Positions 9,401-18,400 of a DNA stretch of 64,000 bases are shown here, piece after piece. Made by a program: the position numbers and the translations under genes. The notes beneath the pieces are model-generated. The model saw nothing but the letters and a program-made list of their open reading frames with translations, searched no databases and was not told the DNA's origin. Each line of letters opens with the position of its first letter. Position 1 is the first letter of the stretch. The DNA lies in the NCBI GenBank assembly GCA_963704645.1, contig OY969926.1, positions 1,202,569 through 1,266,568 of the forward strand, given 5' to 3'. This DNA is from an uncultured bacterium. Lineage in GTDB: Bacteria > Patescibacteriota > JACMRA01.

Positions 9401-12400
9401 CCAGTTAGCATTAAAGCCAGATAAATCCAGGTCAGAAGGAATGCTATCAGGATCAGCATTAGGATCAATATTAGAATCATTACTGGTAAAGGTAATCACC
9501 ATCAAGCCTGAATTAGAGGTAATACTACTTGGTAGGTTGTTTCCAGAAAACTCTCCCAGAACTAAACTATCTGTGGTTAAACCATCATATACTTTAACAA
9601 CATCCACACCTTCTTCAGTTTCTAGATTATTAAAATCTAGAGTTACAGATTCAGCGTTAACTGGAGCAATAATCCACCTACAATTAGAATTAATTCTATA
9701 TGCAGAGCTACCAGAACTTACATTACCAGAACTTTCTGAATAAGTTTCGGTGCCAGAACAATAATTTATTACAATATTAGTAACCGTTAGAGTTACTCTT
9801 GTAGAAGTATAAGTTGCTGAAACTTGAACAGTTTTATCACCATTTTGAAAAGTAGCAGATGAACCAGCTGGAAGGTTAGAAAATTCTCCTGTAATAACAT
9901 TTCCATTGGTTGTTTCTATTAAGGTTCTAGTTTCTCCAACAGTATTTCCAAAGAAAGAAAGGTCTAATCTTGTTCCATTCAAATTTAAATTGGAACTTGT
10001 AATTGTAGTTTTATTGGTTGCCCAAGCTCCGTATGATGAAGCTGAACCACCATTAAAGTTTATTCCATAAGCAGTAATCAGACCCGGTCTTTGCTGAATT
10101 GTGGATGAGTTATTTAAATTAATTGAACTATTAGGTACATTTAAATTTCCAAAAACCCAGATAGTTCCGTTATTAACGTCAACAGTTCCGTTTAAAGTTG
10201 TAGCTGAGGAATAATTTATTTCAAGAGTTCCGCTATTAAGTATAAAGTTTGGATCAATTTTTTGATTGGCAGTGAAAATTAAGTTAGATTGACCATTTTT
10301 AACAAAAGTACCAGTACCGTTTATATTTCCACTGAATTGGCTATTCAAAGAATCACAGCCTGTAGTATAAGTTTTACCAGCGTTAATAGTAATATTTCCA
10401 CTTCCTTCTATTTTGCAGCTGGTCACATTGGTGTTAAAAATAAAATCTCCGCTACCAGCAGTTGTGCTAATTCCAGCCGACACGTTTAAGTTGTTACCCG
10501 AAAGAATATATGGCTGTGAGTTTAGTGATTCAACTACTACAGTGCTTAAGCTTAGCCCAACAATATCATTGTTCAAATTATACGTGGAAGCTGAGGATGG
10601 GAAAATTATGCTCGTTTCGCTGTTTGGAATACTATCCTGGCAATTAGTCCAGTTTCCGCTATTTGAAAAATTGCTGTTGATACTACCTGTCCAAGTACAA
10701 ATTCTACTAGCATACAAATAAGTAAGCCCAGTGTATTGAGTCCCGTCTCCATTTGTTAAAACAACGTTTACTAAACCAGGGGCGCGAGCAGGAGTAAGTG
10801 CAGTGATGGTAGTAGAGTTAACAGCAGTTACCGAACTAGCTGCTACTCCGTCAAACGTAGCAGATAATGAGCCTTGTATATTGATACTATTGCTAGCAGG
10901 GCTGGTTCTTTGTGTAGTGTCACCATAGCCTAGCTGACCAGCAAAATTGTATCCCCAACATTTTACATTTCCTGTGGAAAGTTGGGCGCATGTGTGATTA
11001 TCTCCAGCGCTAACCTGTGTTGCTGTACCTCCTAAAACTAGGTCTAATCCTGGTGTATTTCGGTTTGTAGTGTTGCCATAACCTAATTGCCCATAACCAT
11101 TGTATCCCCAACATTTTACGTTTCCAGTAGAAAGTATGGAACAAGTGTGATTGGCACCAGCTGTAAGCTGAATTGTGGCAGCTCCCAATGCTATATCAGC
11201 ACCCGGTGTATTTCGGTTTGTAGTGTTGCCATAACCTAATTGCCCGTAACCATTGTATCCCCAACATTTTACATTTCCTGAAGAAAGTAGAGCGCAGGTG
11301 TGGCTATCTCCAACAGTAATCTGAGTTGCAGTACCTCCTAAATCTATATCTGATTCGGGACTGGTTCTTTGTGTAGTATCACCGTAACCTAGTTGGCCAT
11401 AAGAATTATCTCCCCAGCATTTTACACTTCCAGTAGATAGTAGAGCGCAGGTGTGGTAAGTTCCAGAAATAATCTTAGTTGCAGCACCCCCTAAATCTAC
11501 ATCTGGCCCTGGAGTATCTCTTGAAGCAGTGTCGCCATAGCCTAGCTCGCCATAGTTATTATAACCCCAACACTTTACATTTCCAGAAGAAAGTAGAGCA
11601 CAAGTACGATCTGTTGAAGTAATAATCTGAGTTGCAGCTCCCCCTAAATCTACATCTGGCCCTGGAGTGTTTCTGTCTGTATAATCACCATAGCCTAGTT
11701 GGCCCCATCCATTATAACCCCAACACTTCACATTTCCAGAAGAAAGTAGAGCACAAGTATGTCTTTCTCCCGCACTAATCTGAGTTGCAGCTCCCCCTAA
11801 ATCTAGGTCTGATCCTGCTGTATTTCTGTCCGTATCATCACCATATCCTAATTGGCCATATAGATTATATCCCCAACATCTTACTTTACCAGTTGAAAGT
11901 ACTGTGCATGTGTGATTTTTTCCAGCACTAGTTTGAACCACTCTTGCTTGAGAAGTAAATCCTGCACCTGTAAAAGTTACACTAGAGCCTCCTGCTATGT
12001 TACCAGAGTTTGGAGTAATTGTTGGTAAAATTACCGTTACATCACCACCATTAGCATAAACAGAGCCACTTCCGCTTGCACTGTACTGACTTGTAAGGGT
12101 TCCAGGGTTGCTACTCGTAGGAATATTGTTACAAGTAATAGTTGGACCACTTGCCACCAAAGGACAGTTTACAACCACCCCAGATATTCCAATACGTACA
12201 TTTACACTTCCTAAAAGAATATTTTGGTCTGCGCTGGTAATAATGGTACAGTTTACAGCTCCGTTCTCCATTACTGTGTTTGGGTTACAGGTTAAACTTG
12301 TAATATCCGAGTTAATTATAGGTCTTGGTACAGCGTAGGTATAAGCGTTATTTAAATTATAAACAGTACCATCTCCATTTGTTAAAACTACATTTACTAG

Positions 12401-15400
12401 TCCAGCAGCATGGGCAGGTGTAACTGCGGTGATGGTAGTAGAATTGACTACAGTTACAAAGGATGCAGCCATTCCATCAAAAGAAGCAGATAAAGAACCT
12501 GGCATAGAAATGCTATTGCTAGCAGGACTGGTTCTACCTGTTAAATCTCCATAGCCTAGTTGACCATAAAAATTGCCACCCCAACATTTTACATTTGCAG
12601 AGGAAAGTAGTGCACAAGTCTGGTAAGCACCTGTACTAATTTGAGTTGCAACACCCCCTAATGCTATATCTTGCCCTGGTGTATTTCTGTTGGCAGTATT
12701 GCCATAACCTAGCTGGCCGTTAGAATTAAATCCCCAACACTTTAAGTTTCCAGTAGAAAGTAGAGCGCAGGTGTGATTAGTTCCACCAGAGACTAGAGTT
12801 GCAGTACTCCCTAAAGCTATATCTGGTCCTGGTAGATTTCTGCTTACATTGTCACCATATCCAAGCTCGCCATTTCCATTATATCCCCAACATTTTACGC
12901 TACCATTAGAAAGAACTGCACATGTGCGAATCTCACCAGCAAAAACTTGAGTTGCAGTGTTTCCTAAAGCTATATCCGGTCCTGGTAGGTTTCTGTTTGT
13001 ATCGTCTCCGTAACCAAGCTCGCCGTAACCATTGTATCCCCAACATTTTACGTTTCCAGTAGAAAGTAAGGCGCAAGTGTGAAATCTTCCAACACTAACC
13101 TGAGTTGCAGTAGCACCTAGAGCTATGTCTGGTCCTGGTAGATTTCTATTCGCAGTATCTCCGTAGCCTAGTTGTCCGTATTGATTGTTTCCCCAACATT
13201 TTACGTTTCCAGTAGAAAGTAAGGCGCAGGTATGACTAGTTCCAGCGCTAACCTGTGTTGCAGTAGCGCCTAGAGCTATGTCTGGTCCTGGTAGGTTTCT
13301 TTGTACAGTATCACCATAGCCTAGCTGGCTATTAAAATTAGCTCCCCAACATTTTACGTTTCCAGTAGAAAGAACTGCACAGGTGTAACGATTTCCAACA
13401 CTCACCTGTGTCGCAGTAGAACCAAGGGCTATATCTGGTCCTGGTGAGTTTCTGTTTGTGGTGTTTCCATAGCCAAGTTGACCATTAGAATTCTCTCCCC
13501 AACATTTTACATTTCCGACAGATGTCAGAGCACAAGTATGATATTCTCCAGCGCTTGTCTGAACCACTCTTGCCTGAGAAGTAAATCCGACACCTGTAAA
13601 AGTTACGTTAGATCCACCAGCTATGTTGCCAGAGTTTGGAGTAATCGTTGGTAAGATTACCTCTATATTTGCACCATCAGCATAAACAGAATTACTTCCG
13701 CTGGCACTGTACTGACTTGTAAGGGTTCCAGGGTTGCTGCCCACAGGAATGTTATTACAAGAAACAGTTGTGCCATTTGCAGCTACAGGACAGTTTACGA
13801 CCGTACCAGAAGTGGTAATTCTTACATTCACACTTCCTGAAAGAGTGGTTTGATCTACATTAGTTGTTATTGTACAATTTACTAAGGAATTAACATAAAT
13901 TGTATTTGATGCGTTATTACACACTAAACTTGAAATATCTGAATTTTGGATTGGAATTTTAGCTGGCGCTATTACAATATCGTTACCGTTAACATAAACA
14001 GAATTACTTCCACTAGCACTATACTGGCTTGTAAGAGTTCCAGCGTTGCCGCCTAAAGGAACATTATTACAGATAATAGTTGAACCAATTACTGCTACAG
14101 GGCAGTTTACTACTGTACCAGAAGTTCCAATTCGCACATCCACACTTCCTAAGAAATTATTTTGTTCAATGTTGGTTGTTATAATACAGCTTACATTAAA
14201 CTCAGCAAAAGAAGAACTTGGACTACACACTAAACTTGCAATATCTTCGTTAGTTATAGTTCTCGGCACTACGTAAGTATAAAGATCGTTTAAATTATAA
14301 ACAGCACCGTCTCCATTTGTTAAAACAACGTTTACCAATCCTTCAGCATGGGCAGGAGTAACTGCTATAATAGTTGTGGGATTCACATAAGTCACTGAAG
14401 TTGCTGCTATTCCATCAAACGATAGAGATAGGAGGCTTTGTATAGAGATGCTATTATTAGCAGGGCTGGTTAACTCTGTAGTATTTCCATTACCTAGTTG
14501 GCCGTTAGAATTACCACCCCAACATTTTACGCTTTCATTAGAAAGGACAGAACAAACATGGCTAGACCCAACACTCACCTGATTTGCACTTAATCCTAAT
14601 GCTATATTTGATCCTGGACTAGTTCTTCGTGTAGTATCACCATAACCTAGTTGTCCACTATAATTAGCACCCCAACATTTTACGTTTCCAGAAGAAAGCA
14701 AGGCACAAGTGTTGCTAAATCCAGTAGCAATCTGACTTGCAGTATCTCCTAGCGCTATATCTGAACCTGGAGTATTTCTTTGTGTAGTGTCACCATAGCC
14801 TAATTGACCTTCTCCATTATTTCCCCAACATTTTACATTACCGTTAGAAAGAAGGGCACAAGTGTGATTACTTCCAACATTAAGCTGAGTTACTGCACCT
14901 CCTAAAGATATATCTGGTCCTGGCAAGGTTCTACTTGTAAAATCACCATATCCTAGTTGGCCGTTTCCATTATATCCCCAACATTTTACATTCCCAGTAG
15001 AAAGAAGGGCACAGGTGTGAGACTGTCCAGTCGTAACCATAGTTGCAGTAGCCCCTAAATCTACATCTGGTCCTGGAGAGCTTCTATCTATATTATCGCC
15101 ATATCCTAATTGGCTATATCCATTGTAACCCCAACATTTTACATTACCATTAGAAAGAAGGGCACAGGTGTGAGACTGTCCAGTCGTAACCATAGTTGCA
15201 GTAGCTCCTAAAGCAATTTCTGGCCCTGGAATAGTTCTTAAAGAAGTATCACCATATCCTAATTGGCCGTTTCCATTATATCCCCAACATTTTACATTAC
15301 CATTAGAGAGTATTGCACAAGTGTGACTATCTCCAGCAACAACCATAGTTGCAGTAGCTCCTAAATCTACATCTGGTCCTGGTAGATTACTGTTTATAAA

Positions 15401-18400
15401 ACTTCCAACACCAAGTTGGCCATAATAATTAGCACCCCAACATTTTACATTTCCACTTGAAAGAAGGGCGCAGCTATGATTAGCTCCAACACTGGTCTGA
15501 ATTACTCTAGGCTGTGGAGTAAATCTGGTTCCACTTAAAGTTACATTAGATCCTCCTACTGTAGAGCCAACATTTGGAGTAATTGTTATAGGTACAACCA
15601 CTATATCATTTCCATTTGCATAAACAGGGCTGCTTCCACTAGCACTATACTGACTAGCAAATGTTCCACCATTATTTCCTACAGGAATATTATTACAAGT
15701 TATGGTTGTGCCACTTGGGACTAAAGGACAGTTTACTACAGTTCCAGAATCTCCTATACGTATATTCACGCTTCCAGAAAGAATATTTTGATCTGTGTTA
15801 GTTGTAGTAGTACAATTTACTGTAGTGTTTGCTACCGTAGGAGTTGGATTACAAACTAAAGCTGAGATATTAGAGTTTTGAATTGGTGTTATAGGTATAA
15901 CAACTATATCATTTCCATTAGCATAAACAGAGCTGCTTCCGCTAGCACTATACTGACTAGCAAATGTTCCGCCGTTACTTCCTACATTAATATTATTACA
16001 AGTTATGGTTGTGCCACTTGGGACTAAAGGACAGTTTACTACAGTTCCAGAATCTCCTATACGTATATTCACACTTCCTGAAAGTGTATTTTGATCTACA
16101 TTGGTAGTTATGGTACAGTTTACGTTAGTGTTTGCTATTGCTGTAGTTGGAGTACAGGTTAGTGATGAAATGTTTGAGTTAACAACGTCTGGGGGTGCAG
16201 CATAAGTGTAAGCATTATTTAAGTTAAATGCAGCACCATCTCCATTAGTTAAGACCACGTTTACAAGCCCATCAGCATGAGCAGGTGTAACTGCAGATAT
16301 GGTGGTAGGGTTAACTATAGTTACTGAGGTTGCAGCTATACCGTCAAACAAAGCAGATAAATTACCTAAAATAGAAAGACTATCACTTGCGGGGCTTGCC
16401 CTTCCTATAGTATCACCATAGCCTAGTTTTCCATAAGAATTGTCACCCCAGCATTTTACACTATCAGCTGAAAGTACAGCACAGGTGTGATTTGATCCAG
16501 CAGCAACCTGAAGCGAGTTGGCTCCCAAAACTATATCTTGTCCAGGCAAGGTTCTTAGTGAATAATCTCCATAGCCTAATTGGCCTGAAAAATTAGCACC
16601 CCAGCATTTTAATTTTTCATTTGATAAAAGGGCACATGTGTGGAAAGGTCCCACACTAATCTGCCTGGCATTAGCCCCTAAAGATAAGTCTGACCCTGGT
16701 ACGCTTCTTGACGTAGTGTCACCATAGCCTAATTGACCATAAGAATTGTCGCCCCAACATTTTGCTTTTCCAGAAGAAAGAATTGCACAGGTGGAACTTC
16801 CTCCAAGAGTAATTTTAGTTGCGGAAGTTGCTAAAACAATATCTGGCCCTGGTGCGTTTCTTGATGTAGTATCGCCATAACCTAGTTGGCCATAGAAATT
16901 ACCACCCCAACATTTTATATTTCCTGAGGAAAGAATTGCACAGGTATGAACATCTCCGACGCTAACCTGAGTTGCAGCCGCTCCTAAATTTATATCTGAG
17001 CCTGGTGCGTTTCTTTGTGTGTTGTCACCGTAACCTAACTGTCCAGAAAAATTAGCACCCCAACATTTTACACTTCCAGTGGAAAGAAGGGCACAGGTGT
17101 GAAACCTTCCAGCAATAATTTGAATTGTAGTGGCTCCTAAATTTATTTCAGAACCAGGTGCGTTTCTTTGCACAGTATCACCATAACCTAGCTCGCCATT
17201 TCCATTATATCCCCAACATTTTACATTTCCATTTGAAAGAAGAGCGCAAGTATTATTTTCGCCGGTGCTAATCTGTGTGGCACTAACTCCTAAATTTATA
17301 TCTGATAACGCGCTACTTCTGTTTGTAGTGTCTCCATAACCTAACTGGCCGTTTCCATTATATCCCCAACATCTTACATTTCCAGTAGATAGAAGGGTGC
17401 AAGTATGATTTTGACCGGCACTTGTCTGAACCACTCTGGCCTGAGAAGTAAAACCAGTTCCAGTAAAAGTTACTGTAGTTCCCCCTACTGTATTACCAGA
17501 AGTTGGTGAAAGAGTTATGGGTATTACCGCTACGTTGTTACCATTAGAGTAAACAGAATTGTTACCACTTCCACTATACTGACTTGCAAAAGTACCAGAA
17601 TTAGCACCTACGGGAATATTGTTACAGGTTATAGTTGTACCACTGGCGTTTACAGGGCAATTGACCACCAAACCAGAATCTCCGATACGAACATTTACAC
17701 TTCCAGAAAGTTCATTTTGGTTTATGTTTGTAGTTATTATACAGTTTACAGTAGTGTTTATTATTGCTGTAGTTGGACTACAAGATAAGCTTGCAATATC
17801 CAAGTTATTTATATTTCTTGGAACAGCGTAAGTATAACCATTATTTAAATTATAAGTGGAGCTATCTCCATTTGTTAAGACTACATTTACTATTCCCTCA
17901 GAACGAGCAGGTGTAACTGCAGTTATTGTAGTAGAGTTAACATAAGTTACTGATGATGCAGCTATTCCATCAAAAGTAACAGTGAATGTAACTAGTACAG
18001 GAACAATATTAGCATCAGGGATATTTCTTTGTATGGTATCGCCATAACCTAATTGCCCGTATTCATTATTACCCCAGCATTTTACATTACTAGTTGAAAG
18101 AACAGCGCAAGTATTGCCTCCTCCAGTACTAATAAAAGCTGCAGCAGTTCCCATATTTATGTCGGGACCAGGTGCGTTTCTTTGAGAATAATCTCCATAG
18201 CCTAATTGGCCATTATAATTTTCGCCCCAGCATTTCACGTTTCCATTAGAAAGTAAGGCGCATGTGTGATAGCTTGAAGTACTAATAGAAGTTGCATTAG
18301 CTCCTAAATTTATATCGGGACCAGGTGCGTTTCTTTGGGTGGTGTCACCGTAGCCTAGTTGACCACTAGAATTAGCACCCCAGCATTTTACATTTTCGGT